A stretch of 64,000 nt of DNA from an uncultured Acidobacteriota bacterium (GTDB taxonomy: Bacteria > Acidobacteriota > Blastocatellia > RBC074): the NCBI GenBank assembly GCA_963796275.1, contig CAWCKY010000003.1:224001-288000 (forward strand), in the 5' to 3' direction. The notes beneath the pieces were generated by a model. That model was not told where the DNA came from. It searched no databases and saw only the letters and a list, made by a program, of their open reading frames with translations. A program made the translations under genes and the position numbers. This document shows, piece by piece, positions 44,839 to 55,043 of the stretch. Position 1 is the stretch's first letter. Each line of letters starts with the position of its first letter.

Positions 44839-47220
44839 TTACTTGGATCCGCCGATCCTGAACTTCATGCCCGCCGAAAAGTTGAGGCGATAGGCTGGAT
44901 AGCCTAGCACTTCCTGATATCTCCGATTGAGTAGGTTTTCGATGCGCCCGAACATGCTCCACCATGAAGTGAGGCTGTAGGATCCGGTCAGATCGAGCTT
45001 CTGATATCCTGAGTTGTATATCGGTCCTCCCTGCCCATCGAATCTAAGGAATGTCACCGGATCTGCATCGCGCCGCTGACCTACGAACAGGCTGTAAAGA
45101 TTTATATCGAATTTACTGGCAACCAGTGAAGCATACACCGAACCAGAATTGCGCGGCCTACGCAGAAGCGGCAGCCCTACTTCGGGGTTTGCTATCAGCT
45201 GAGGGACCGCCGCGCTGAAATCGAGGATGTCGGCTGATGAAGTCAGCTCCGTCTTGAGAAGCGTGTAACTCCCGCCGATCTGCAGCCACCGGTTCGGATG
45301 CAGATTTACCGCTAGTTCGAAGCCGCGAGCTCGCGCGCGGTCGTTGTTGATGTAATTGGTCAACCGGCCGTCCGACAGCATTATCGGTCCGCCGAACGTC
45401 GCTGGATTGCCCACGAATGTAATGATGTCCAGGTACCGGTTATCGAAATATATTCCTTCTATACGGACGCGGTCCCATAAAAGGTATTGCTCGATACCCA
45501 CATCGAAATTGCGCGCGCGTTCCGGCCTCAGCTCCGGATTACCGAAGAATTGCGGGTTGGGACTGAATGCTTCAATCAGCGTCGGGGTTTTCATCCCGTA
45601 ACCGTAGTTGGCTTTCAGTTTCGTCGGGCCACGGCGAGCCTGCAGCCCGGAGAGACTCAGCACATAGATCATCGAGATCTTAGGCATAATTTTGGTCCCG
45701 TACCCCACTTTGCCGGTGTAGGGTGTGGAGCCGAGATCGCTCGCCGCAGTTGCAAAGCTCGCCGGCACTTGGGCGCGATTATATTCAACGCGCGCTCCGG
45801 CGGTGACGAAGAATCGCGGTCCGTAACTGAACTGGTCCTGTAGATAGGCGCCCCAACTAGTGCGGTTGGCGTTGACGCGAGTCAAATTGACAAAACCATT
45901 GTCGAAGACAGCACCCTCATCTTCGTAATCGACCCCCAAAGTAGCGAAGTTCCTGCTCGAGAGGACCATGTTGCTTTGATATCGCACACCACGGCGGCGT
46001 TGATAATTGTTGAAGTAAGAGACGAAATCGTTACCGAATGCAGCCGTATTGAGCGGCGTCGATGCCTGGCTCAAATCCTGTGCAGCCGGATCGAAAGCCA
46101 GGCTTTTGCTCTGTGAAAAAGCGAACGTCACGCTTTGTTGCCAGAAATTTCTCGTCTGATCATCGAGTCGCAGTCCCAGCGTGTTCCGCCTCGCTTTTGC
46201 GCGCTCGTCCGGGTCGGGAAATAGATATGCAGTCGGGCCGGCGACGCCCAGACCCGAATTATCATTTCGCGTGGTAAGACGCAGTTGCGTGCGCCGGCTG
46301 AACCAGAATCCGAGATTCGCCGTTGCGACGCGGTTTTGATAATCATCATTGCGATCGAGCCCGTTGGTGTTGAGGTGCGTATAGCTGAGCGAATAATCGA
46401 GCATGCGCGACATTCCCGATAAGCGGGCCAATTCGCGGTTAAATGCGTAGCTTCCGCCCTCGCCCGAAAACACGAACTCGGGCGTCGACGTCGTGCCCCG
46501 ATGGGTGAAGAACTGCATGACTCCGGTCATCGCATCCGAGCCGTAAGTCGCGCTCTGCGCCCCGCGGACCAATTCCAGCCGCCCCGCATTGTCGGTCGTT
46601 AAATCCGCAAAATTGAACGAGCCGCCCCCATCGTTTACCGGTACACCGTCGATCAATACCTTGGTGTAATCCGAATCGCCCCCGCGGATGAAGAGCGAGG
46701 TTAAGCCTCCGCGCCGTCCCGTTTGCGCGACCGAGACTCCGGGCGAGAAACGAAGTGCATCGAAGGCGTTTACATTTTGTGCCCGCAGCAAGTCATTAGC
46801 CGAGATGACGGTCGTGCTGGAAGGGGTTTCTCCGATGAGTGAATCCGTACGGGTGGCCGATACCACGACGGCATCCTGAATTGCGGCGACGATGAGCGGG
46901 ACGACGATTCGATACTCACGCCCCTCTGCTATCTTGACGGGCTGTGCGCCGCCGCTCTGGGTCAGCCCTTCAGCCTCGACTGCGAGCGCATAATCTCCGG
47001 GTCGCAGATTTAGAAAATTGAATTCTCCTTCATCGCCAGTAAGCGTCTCGCGCACTGCGAGCTTGTTAGCGAGCAGTACCACCCGCGCGCTTTTTACGGC
47101 GACTCCTCGCGCATCGGTTACGATCCCACGTAGAATACCGGAAGGTATTTCTGCCGATGTCTGCAGAAAAAGAGAGCAGACAAAAATAGCGAGCGATATT
47201 AGTTTGATCAATGACTTCAT
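44839..47220 (-). CDS. btuB: TonB-dependent cobalamin receptor (BtuB-like) with N-terminal extension
   Basis: VVVSATRT TonB box, IRGGDSDYTKVLIDGVPVN, ELVRGAQSATYGSDAM, LRPE, ENLLNRRY; last gene of riboswitch operon. Confidence 0.85.
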   Translation of the reverse strand: MKSLIKLISLAIFVCSLFLQTSAEIPSGILRGIVTDARGVAVKSARVVLLANKLAVRETLTGDEGEFNFLNLRPGDYALAVEAEGLTQSGGAQPVKIAEGREYRIVVPLIVAAIQDAVVVSATRTDSLIGETPSSTTVISANDLLRAQNVNAFDALRFSPGVSVAQTGRRGGLTSLFIRGGDSDYTKVLIDGVPVNDGGGSFNFADLTTDNAGRLELVRGAQSATYGSDAMTGVMQFFTHRGTTSTPEFVFSGEGGSYAFNRELARLSGMSRMLDYSLSYTHLNTNGLDRNDDYQNRVATANLGFWFSRRTQLRLTTRNDNSGLGVAGPTAYLFPDPDERAKARRNTLGLRLDDQTRNFWQQSVTFAFSQSKSLAFDPAAQDLSQASTPLNTAAFGNDFVSYFNNYQRRRGVRYQSNMVLSSRNFATLGVDYEDEGAVFDNGFVNLTRVNANRTSWGAYLQDQFSYGPRFFVTAGARVEYNRAQVPASFATAASDLGSTPYTGKVGYGTKIMPKISMIYVLSLSGLQARRGPTKLKANYGYGMKTPTLIEAFSPNPQFFGNPELRPERARNFDVGIEQYLLWDRVRIEGIYFDNRYLDIITFVGNPATFGGPIMLSDGRLTNYINNDRARARGFELAVNLHPNRWLQIGGSYTLLKTELTSSADILDFSAAVPQLIANPEVGLPLLRRPRNSGSVYASLVASKFDINLYSLFVGQRRDADPVTFLRFDGQGGPIYNSGYQKLDLTGSYSLTSWWSMFGRIENLLNRRYQEVLGYPAYRLNFSAGMKFRIGGSK

Positions 47221-47351
47221 TGTTATTTTGCTCCTCAGAAAAACAGACAGGACTTACGGGGTCTTTCAGGATTTGTCTAATTCGCTAATCCTGAAAAATC
47301 TCATAAACCCTGTCTTCTCTCTGCGCTTTCACTGTGTCGTAACAATCTTGA

Positions 47352-47731
47352 TTATTTTCGTGGGCCGATCAGTTTCCACTCTATCCTATCACCATTTTTT
47401 GTAACGTATTTGCCCGCGCCGGCTTTCGCCTTCGCGCCGTTAACATAATAGATCAGGTAATAGCCATTGCCATTATTCACACCGTTGATCTCTTCCACAA
47501 GTTCGCCCATCTGATTCCCGCTCGTGCGAATCCGCGCGCGCGCTTTGAGAATCTCGAGCGCAGTCTTTCCATCCTCTCCCTCATAAGCGATAACTAATCG
47601 CTCAGCAGGCGCCTGTGTAGACGATGCCGTCGCGGTATTCGGCGTCTTTACCGGTGGGCGTTGGGCGCAAGCGCTATAGCTATCACCCATGACAGGATGA
47701 AAACCCCTGATAAAGATTTAAATGTTTTCAT
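47352..47731 (-). CDS. DUF4430 (transcobalamin C-terminal-like) lipoprotein, one apparent -1 frameshift
   Basis: GKTALEIL...VEEING...YYVNG...AG.YV.KNGDRIEW; ATG 47731 coupled to btuD; one added base restores MKTFKSLSGVFILSWVIAI-SAC lipobox. Confidence 0.75.
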
Positions 47732-48501
47732 TGAGCGCTTATCCATGAAATACGAGGTTTGCCGCTCTGCGGATGTCGATCGACCAAAAGCGGCGTTCCG
47801 AACACTCGCACGAGCAGATCGGCGGTCATCACATCTGATGGAGTGCCAACGGCCAGGAGCCTCCCTTCATTCAGCAATGCCACGCGATCGGCGAACTCCG
47901 CAGCCAGGTTTATCTCGTGGGTGACAACGATGGCGCCGAGGTTTTTTTCGCGGGTCAGCTCACGGACGTACCTGAGCAGGGATATCTGATGAGCGATATC
48001 CGCGTTCGCCGTCGGTTCATCCAGCAAGAGCAGACGCGGCTCCTGAGCGAGAGCGCGCGCGAGCACGACGCGCTGGCGTTCGCCGGACGAAAGTTCATTG
48101 AATCTTCTTCCGGCGAATTGGATGGCGTCCGTGTCGCCGAGCGCCTTGACCGCGATTTCGAGGTCCCTCGGCGAATCGAATCCGAGGGCGCCCACGTATG
48201 CGAAGCGTCCGGTCAGGACATACTCGAGGGATGTCAGCGGAAAACGAACCTCGCCTGATTGTGCAACCAGCGCCATTCGCCGCGCGGCTTCGCGCCGTGA
48301 AAAGTCCGCCACCGGGCGGGCATCAAACAGCACCTCGCCGGTCTGGGGCTTGAGTGCGCCGTGGGCGACTGCGAGTAATGTCGATTTCCCCGATCCGTTT
48401 GGTCCGAGCAGCGCGACGATCTCACCTGCATTCACGGTGAGCGTGATGCCGTAGAGCACCTGGCGATGGTAACTGAAATTGATATCCCTTAGTTCGAGCA
48501 T
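47728..48501 (-). CDS. cobalamin/iron-chelate ABC transporter ATPase (BtuD-like)
   Basis: GPNGSGKST, LSSGERQR, LLLDEPT, H-loop. Confidence 0.93.
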   Translation of the reverse strand: MLELRDINFSYHRQVLYGITLTVNAGEIVALLGPNGSGKSTLLAVAHGALKPQTGEVLFDARPVADFSRREAARRMALVAQSGEVRFPLTSLEYVLTGRFAYVGALGFDSPRDLEIAVKALGDTDAIQFAGRRFNELSSGERQRVVLARALAQEPRLLLLDEPTANADIAHQISLLRYVRELTREKNLGAIVVTHEINLAAEFADRVALLNEGRLLAVGTPSDVMTADLLVRVFGTPLLVDRHPQSGKPRISWISAQ

Positions 48502-48543
48502 TTACCTCGCATCTACTTGCCCTGACCGCCGAGTAAATTCACC

Positions 48544-49605
48544 TTACTTACGTTTGCGAACCAACAGGTAAATAAATACCGGTGCGCCGATCAGCGCGGT
48601 GATCGCGCCGGTCGGCAGTTCACGCGGAGACAGGACGGTGCGAGCGACGGTGTCTGCGATCAGGACCAGAATCCCACCGGCCACCGCGCTCGCCGGTATT
48701 GCCAGCCGATTGTCGGTGCCGGTCGCCAGCCTTACCACATGGGGCACGACCAACCCCACATATCCGATCGCGCCGCCGGCGGCGACGGCTGCCCCCGTCA
48801 AGAATGATGCCGTCAGATAAACTATCCAGCGTACGCGGGTTGTTTCGACCCCGAGCGCGAAAGCGTCGCGTTCCCCGATCATCATCAGATTCAGGGCGCG
48901 CGATTGCGTCATCAGAACGATCACGGCGGCGAAGGCGGCGATGATGACGAAAATCAATCCTTCGATGGTTCCGCTCGATAGGTCACCGAGCAGCCAGAGC
49001 GTGATGTTGCGTAATTTTGCATTATCTGCGAGCGCGGTCAGGAGGACGATCACCGAAGAGAGAAATGTCGACATTACCACGCCTGCGAGTATCAGATGCG
49101 CCGGGTCGTCTTCGCGCCGTCCCAGGCGATAAACGATCAAAGTGGCTGCCGCTGCCCCGGCGAATCCCAGAAGCGGGCGGCTCATTGCATATTCGGAGGC
49201 GAACATGATGGCGATGATCGATCCTACCGCTGCCCCGCCTGAGACGCCCAGTACGTAAGGATCGGCGAGTGGGTTTCGCAGCAGTGCCTGAAAGGCCGCT
49301 CCGGCTATCGCCAATGACGCGCCGACCCCGAGAGAGAGCGCGATACGCGGTAAGCGCAGGCTGAAGATGATAATCTCCTTTTCCGGAGAGATGTTTGACG
49401 CCGCCCCGAACAATTTTGACCAGAGAGCCTCGACGATTTGACTCGCTGCAATCGGTTCACTGCCCATCGACAGCGAGCCTATGGATGCGGCTATCATCAT
49501 GACGACCAATGACAGCATCACGACCGTCGCCCGCCGCTTTGTCAAATAACCGGTTAGCGCTGGCGGTTCGTCGGCTTTCGTTTTTAGCAGTCCGCCGGTC
49601 TTCAC
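48544..49605 (-). CDS. FecCD/BtuC-family ABC permease
   Basis: LRLPR, LLRNPLADPYVLGVSGGA, A..LGV, GYVGLVVPH, ELPTG. Confidence 0.93.
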   Translation of the reverse strand: MKTGGLLKTKADEPPALTGYLTKRRATVVMLSLVVMMIAASIGSLSMGSEPIAASQIVEALWSKLFGAASNISPEKEIIIFSLRLPRIALSLGVGASLAIAGAAFQALLRNPLADPYVLGVSGGAAVGSIIAIMFASEYAMSRPLLGFAGAAAATLIVYRLGRREDDPAHLILAGVVMSTFLSSVIVLLTALADNAKLRNITLWLLGDLSSGTIEGLIFVIIAAFAAVIVLMTQSRALNLMMIGERDAFALGVETTRVRWIVYLTASFLTGAAVAAGGAIGYVGLVVPHVVRLATGTDNRLAIPASAVAGGILVLIADTVARTVLSPRELPTGAITALIGAPVFIYLLVRKRK

Positions 49606-50522
49606 GGGTGCAGTCCTCGCGCCAGTTGTTCGAGGCCGTCCACGATGCGTGGCCCCGGACGGTCGAACCAGTCAGGATTGACGGTGATGATCCGATTGGA
49701 ACGAACCGCCGGCGTCGTCGGAAAGTCCCGGCGCAGATCCTCTTCGCGCACAAACTCTTTGCCGTGGCTGGACGGCGCGATGATGACCTCGGGAGCGCGC
49801 GCGATGACCGCCTCGCGTGAAAATTGCGGATAATCCGCCGCCTCGTCGCCGGAGATCGATCGGCCACCCGCAATCATAATCAAATCATTGATGAATGTAT
49901 TACGGCCGGCGGTGATCAACGGGCTGGTCTGCAGAACATAGAGCACGCGCGGTTCGGGTAGACCTTTCACCCTCGATTCGACGGCGCTTATCCGCCGTTC
50001 CATCTCATCGGCGATCTCCGCTGCCCGCGCGCCTGCTCCCGTCGCTTCGCCGAGCTTTCGGATCGTCGCCACGGTCTCACGCACCGTGCGCGGATTCGTC
50101 ACATAGACCGGAATTGCCAGCTGGTCGAGTTTATTAGTCATATCTTCAAGCTGGCTCGCAGTGGTTGTGAGCACCAGATCGGGTTTTAGCCCGATGATCC
50201 GTTCGAGGTTGGGATGTAGCGTATCGCCGATTTTCTCTTTGGTTTTCGCCTCTGCGGGAAAATCGCAATAGCTCGTGACGGCGGCGATTCGATCGCCCAG
50301 CCCGAGCGCGAAGAGAATCTCGGTTATATTGGGCGCCAGCGATATGATACGCTTCGGGTTGGCTCTGATTTTGACGCTGCGGCCGAGGCCATCCGTGAAA
50401 TTGCGCGGATCAGGCGATTCACTGGTTGCCGGGTTATGATGACAGCCGAGACATAGTGCGGCTAGAAGAATCGTGAGCCCGTAATGAAGAGCGAAATGCT
50501 TTTTTAAGAATAACCGTCGCAT
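49602..50522 (-). CDS. cobalamin-binding lipoprotein (BtuF-like)
   Basis: Lipobox CLGC, RIISLAPNITEILFALG, ERIIGLKPDLV, RPGPRIVDG. Confidence 0.9.
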   Translation of the reverse strand: MRRLFLKKHFALHYGLTILLAALCLGCHHNPATSESPDPRNFTDGLGRSVKIRANPKRIISLAPNITEILFALGLGDRIAAVTSYCDFPAEAKTKEKIGDTLHPNLERIIGLKPDLVLTTTASQLEDMTNKLDQLAIPVYVTNPRTVRETVATIRKLGEATGAGARAAEIADEMERRISAVESRVKGLPEPRVLYVLQTSPLITAGRNTFINDLIMIAGGRSISGDEAADYPQFSREAVIARAPEVIIAPSSHGKEFVREEDLRRDFPTTPAVRSNRIITVNPDWFDRPGPRIVDGLEQLARGLHP

Positions 50523-50576
50523 CCGTGAACATCCGTGGTGAATCCGGTTTTCTTGTGAGAGCCGGGAAAATAGACG

Positions 50577-50625
50577 AAAAAACAAAAGCCTCAGACGCAA
50601 CGAAGAAAGAATGTGCGTCTGAAGC
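50577..50625 (-). terminator. leader terminator (riboswitch expression platform)
   Basis: Minus strand GCTTCAGACGCA...TGCGTCTGAGGC-TTTTGTTTTTT between aptamer and btuF. Confidence 0.7.
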
Positions 50626-50711
50626 TTCAGGTATTAAATATAAAAATGAAGACTCATTCGGGAGTGTTCCCGAAAGGACACGGCGCCCTTTCATCCGAAG
50701 GGTTGTCGATG

Positions 50712-50870
50712 ATCTTTCAGGCAGGTCTCCTGGCTTAATTTTGATGAAGGGCAGATTTTTTCGCCTTCACCGAAATGGTCTTTCACAGTGGCGGTGACCG
50801 CGCGGGATTTCAACCCGCTTCCCTATTCTCCCGCTATAAATGCGGGCACCTGAAAATGTTGATAAAGATC
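50712..50870 (-). promoter_or_regulatory. cobalamin riboswitch
   Basis: Minus strand AGGTGCCCG...AATAGGGAAGCGGGTTGAAATCCCGCGCGGTCACCGCCACTGTG...AGCCAGGAGACCTGCC (B12 box). Confidence 0.93.
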
Positions 50871-51053
50871 ATTAACAGTAGGCAAACCTATCACGCGGTT
50901 CGGCCCCAGTCAATTGATAGAAAATCGGGGCATGACGAGAGGATTTAATAACCAGTTGAAAACTTACCTATCAAGAACATTTGTGCGATTTAAAAAAACA
51001 GCTTGAGCGTTGACCCGAAAAAAGTGTAAAAGAGCGCAGGAGGAGGAATCTAA

Positions 51054-52382
51054 GTGACAACCAATAAGGAAAATCTTCATCGCAAAATCGCGACGCGAAC
51101 CGCACGTGTAGGTGTGATCGGGCTCGGTTACGTTGGCTTGCCGTTGGCGGTCGAATTCGCGCGCGGTGGATTCGAAACCGTCGGATTCGAGGTCGATGCC
51201 AGGAAAGCTGATGCGATCAATCGCGGCGAATCGTACATTCCCGACGTTCCGACCCAGCACATAGTTGAACTGATCGCGGAAAAGAAACTGGCCGCGACGA
51301 CCGATTTTACGAAGCTGAAGGAACAAGAAATTATCATCATCTGTGTCCCGACGCCTCTGCGGAAGACAAAAGACCCGGATGTGTCCTTCATACTGGCTGC
51401 CGCAGAGAAATTCCAGGCGACGCTGCGCCCCGGGCAGCTCATCATTCTGGAATCGACGACTTACCCCGGGACGACCGATGAGGTCTTGCGCCCGATGTTC
51501 GACGAAACCGGATTGAAGATCGATGATGACTACTTTCTGGCATTCTCGCCCGAACGCGTCGATCCAGGAAACGAAAAATTCAACACCAGCAATATCCCAA
51601 AGGTCGTTGGCGGAGTCACACCGGCAAGCGGCGAAGTCGCAAGTGCTGCTTATGGCCATATCGTCGAGATGGTGTACTGCACCAGCTCAGCGCGTGTGGC
51701 GGAGGCCTGTAAACTGCTCGAAAATACGTTCCGCGCCGTCAACATTGGGTTGGTCAACGAACTCGCCCAACTGTGTCACACGTTGGGTATCGATACCTGG
51801 GAAGTTATTGGGGCGGCGGCCACGAAGCCTTTCGGGTTTATGCCGTTCTATCCGGGTCCGGGCATCGGCGGGCATTGTATTCCCCTCGACCCTCACTATC
51901 TTTCCTGGAAAGCGCGTATGCACGGATTTGAAGCCCGCTTCATATCGCTGGCTGAGGAGGTCAATTCCCGCATGCCGGAACACGTGGTCGAGCTGGTCAC
52001 GATGGGTCTCAATCAGCATCGCAAGCCCATCAACGGCTCGCATATTCTGATAATGGGCGTGGCCTATAAACGCGATATCGATGATATGCGCGAGAGCCCA
52101 GCGCTAGCGATTATCGAAAAATTACAGAAGCTGGGCGCTGTAGTCAGCTATCACGATCCTCATGTTGCGGAGATTCATCTCGAGGCGAAAGATGAGCAGA
52201 TGCGTGGGATCGGTCTGAGCGATGAAGTTGTGAGAGGTGCCGATTGCGTGGTGATCGTCACCGATCATCGCAAAATCGACTACAGGTGGCTGGTTCAACA
52301 CGCAAACCTCATCGTTGATACGCGCAACGCCACGCGCGGGCTGACCGATGAAAGCTCTGGCCGAAAGATCATTCGGCTGTGA
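51054..52382 (+). CDS. nucleotide-sugar (UDP-GlcNAc-type) 6-dehydrogenase
   Basis: GLGYVGLP, CVPTP, ESTTYPG, FSPERVDPG, KLLENTFR, GPGIGGHCIP. Confidence 0.93.
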   Translation: MTTNKENLHRKIATRTARVGVIGLGYVGLPLAVEFARGGFETVGFEVDARKADAINRGESYIPDVPTQHIVELIAEKKLAATTDFTKLKEQEIIIICVPTPLRKTKDPDVSFILAAAEKFQATLRPGQLIILESTTYPGTTDEVLRPMFDETGLKIDDDYFLAFSPERVDPGNEKFNTSNIPKVVGGVTPASGEVASAAYGHIVEMVYCTSSARVAEACKLLENTFRAVNIGLVNELAQLCHTLGIDTWEVIGAAATKPFGFMPFYPGPGIGGHCIPLDPHYLSWKARMHGFEARFISLAEEVNSRMPEHVVELVTMGLNQHRKPINGSHILIMGVAYKRDIDDMRESPALAIIEKLQKLGAVVSYHDPHVAEIHLEAKDEQMRGIGLSDEVVRGADCVVIVTDHRKIDYRWLVQHANLIVDTRNATRGLTDESSGRKIIRL

Positions 52383-52488
52383 GGTTGTTGCCTTTAAGCA
52401 TACGGCAGAACTTATTTTGCAGGGATGAAGTCGTAGAAGGATAAATCGTCTGCATTCTTCACATAATCGACGTCTGGAAGACGGCTTT

Positions 52489-54930
52489 CTATTTGACTAT
52501 CAGAACTTTGTGCATACCGACCGGCACCTTGAAGCTCGCCGCTGCTCCTGGGGATGTGCTGCCGAGCACTTTTTCGTCGACTGATACCGTAATCTTCCTC
52601 CCCTCGACCGCTTTCACCTTGACCTGAACCTGTTCTTTTGTTTCCACGATGAAATTTACGGCAAATTCGTTGTTACGATATGAGCGCAGTCGTACCGGCG
52701 CTTCGAATTCCAATTCCACATCGCCGTCCCGCTTAACCAAGGTTTTTTTAGGCCCGAGAATGACATCGAATTTTGCCCCCAGGTAGCTCACTCGCTCTAT
52801 TTTTGCCTCCTCGGTAACCGCTAAACTGCCGATCGCCAGCCCCGACCATAGGTCGACGCTCATCAATTCCTCGATACCCGGCCAGAAAACGAGCCACCCG
52901 AACGAAGCACGCTGTTTGCCGTCTCTCCCTTCGATTGGCCGGCCATCCGTGTTGGAGAAATGCTCAGACAATTTTCCGTTCATCTCCCATGATGATCGTC
53001 CCAGCGCGACGCTACGGCGCGCGAGCTCGGCGGCTTCATCGTTGTAGCCAAAGCGTCTCAATCCTGTATAAATCAGGTAATTGGCCACCGTCCAGACCGC
53101 TCCGCGGCCGGGGCTGTCGGCTGTGAAGGCCGGATCATCGCGCGCAATAAACGGCAGAAGCTGGCCGGTCCAGAATTTCTTGGGATCGATCAGTGTTTTG
53201 ATCATCCTCGACGCGCGCTCTTCACCCGGCAACCCCGCGATCAATGGGTAGAAATTTTCCAGCGAGAGCCGCCGCGAAAAACGCCCATCCCAGTGACGAT
53301 TGAGATAGAGCCCGTCTTCCTCACTCCACAACTTGTGATTGATATAATTCCGCAATCTCTCGTAGCGTATCTCGAGTTTTTGAGCCTCCGCTTTCAAGCC
53401 CAACACACGTGCGATGATCATCAAAATTTCGGTATCGAGAGCATAGAGCGAATTAAGGCCGACCGGCGTCAATTCGACGGTATGCGAAACGTCGTTGAAA
53501 TTCGCTTCATTCAATTCTTTATCTTCAGACAATATGGGTCTATCGTCTATCCCCGACTCGGAGAGGGCCAGTTTTGCTTTGACCCAGTTCGAGAGAGTTC
53601 GCGCGCCGAGCGCTCCCTGCTCGAGTTCGGCGTCGTAGCCCCATTCTATGAGACCGTCGCCGTTGCCATCGCGCCATGGTCTTCCATCGCTGCGATTGGC
53701 AAGCCACCAGTCATTCCAGCGCAGAAGGCGGGGATAAGCCCAGGCTAGAAGCTCAAGATCTGAAGTCTCGAGGTAGTATCTCCATACACATAATGCGCCG
53801 ATTGGAGGCATCGATCGTCCGGCCAGCGTGGCCGGTTCGTCGCGAGGCTGGCCAGTGAGATGCCGCCTCAGCGGTACGCGGCCGTCAGGCAACTGGCCTT
53901 CGAGCACCGCGCGAATTGATGCCTTTGTGTTATCTACGCCGATCATCGCCCCGAAAGCCGCGGCCATTAAGCTATCCCAACTCAGAATCGAGGAATCAAC
54001 GGAAGGCGCCGGTTTATTGCCCTGCAGACGATCGGGCGAACGATCCATTGCGATATATTCGAGCTGATTTTCGGGAGAGTAGAACCGGTTCCAGTTGATC
54101 ATACGGCTGACGATATCGATACTCGAGCCGAGCGCTCCGCTGCTCCGAGCTCGCGTCGAGGCGTAATTTTTTTCAGCCTGATCGAGCAGTTCGGCGATCG
54201 ATTTCTGGAGCACTTTAGACGCTTCGATCTCCATCGCATCGAAGTCATCCCCAATCATTGCAACGAAACTGAAAGAGGGCTCCTGGGATATTTCATATGT
54301 CAGGTTGGCGTATTGAAATAAACCAGGCCTGGTCGTCTGTCCGGGTTGTACGGGCGGGAGGTTATTAACCATCAGCTTTCGCATCTCCGCCTGATCGTCG
54401 TAATTTGCATATTGGAATGCGGGACGGTCGGTCCGCAGCAAGAACTTGCGCAAATTGGAATTCCCGTTCTGAACTTGTTCGCCCAGGATCGTCCGGCGGT
54501 CTGGTTGCGCAAGAAATGTCATTCGGCTCTCGCCCCAGGGCAGATAAGTCTCCATCGTAACGCGTACGCCTGTTGGCGCGGTCAAACGTCCGATGACGGT
54601 GTTCTTGCTCAGACGGCTCCAGCGCAGGATGACGGAGTTTTGTTTATCGAATTGCGTCTGCCAGTTTATGCTTGCGTATGAGCCATCCGGCGCGTTAGCG
54701 CCGAACTCGTAAGCGTCGGGCCTCTCCTCAATCGATGCACCCGGTCGGTAGACGAGAAAACGCAACCCGAAGAAGCTCTGTTCGTTGGCGATCAGGACGA
54801 GGCCGTTGACATGCCTGGGATCGTATGCGCCGATCAAAACGCGGTTTTCGACCGGCCCGTCAGCGGGAGCTGAGCTGGCAATCGCAAATATCAGAATTGC
54901 CGTTAAAATAGCTCTGCCGAATCTGCTCAT
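52489..54930 (-). CDS. exported GH63/MGH1-like (alpha/alpha)6 glycoside hydrolase
   Basis: Signal peptide; WDS, SMPP, ESGIDD, LNSLY, LWSEEDGLY, RGAVW..NYL, E near C-terminus. Confidence 0.75.
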   Translation of the reverse strand: MSRFGRAILTAILIFAIASSAPADGPVENRVLIGAYDPRHVNGLVLIANEQSFFGLRFLVYRPGASIEERPDAYEFGANAPDGSYASINWQTQFDKQNSVILRWSRLSKNTVIGRLTAPTGVRVTMETYLPWGESRMTFLAQPDRRTILGEQVQNGNSNLRKFLLRTDRPAFQYANYDDQAEMRKLMVNNLPPVQPGQTTRPGLFQYANLTYEISQEPSFSFVAMIGDDFDAMEIEASKVLQKSIAELLDQAEKNYASTRARSSGALGSSIDIVSRMINWNRFYSPENQLEYIAMDRSPDRLQGNKPAPSVDSSILSWDSLMAAAFGAMIGVDNTKASIRAVLEGQLPDGRVPLRRHLTGQPRDEPATLAGRSMPPIGALCVWRYYLETSDLELLAWAYPRLLRWNDWWLANRSDGRPWRDGNGDGLIEWGYDAELEQGALGARTLSNWVKAKLALSESGIDDRPILSEDKELNEANFNDVSHTVELTPVGLNSLYALDTEILMIIARVLGLKAEAQKLEIRYERLRNYINHKLWSEEDGLYLNRHWDGRFSRRLSLENFYPLIAGLPGEERASRMIKTLIDPKKFWTGQLLPFIARDDPAFTADSPGRGAVWTVANYLIYTGLRRFGYNDEAAELARRSVALGRSSWEMNGKLSEHFSNTDGRPIEGRDGKQRASFGWLVFWPGIEELMSVDLWSGLAIGSLAVTEEAKIERVSYLGAKFDVILGPKKTLVKRDGDVELEFEAPVRLRSYRNNEFAVNFIVETKEQVQVKVKAVEGRKITVSVDEKVLGSTSPGAAASFKVPVGMHKVLIVK

Positions 54931-55043
54931 AGAAAACCAAACAGGGGAGAATGATTGTTTTTTATCTGTGATGTAATCAGGGTGACCTTGATCAAGCTTA
55001 TTTATATTTGAATGAGGTTGCAAGCTGAAAAATCTGTGAATTT

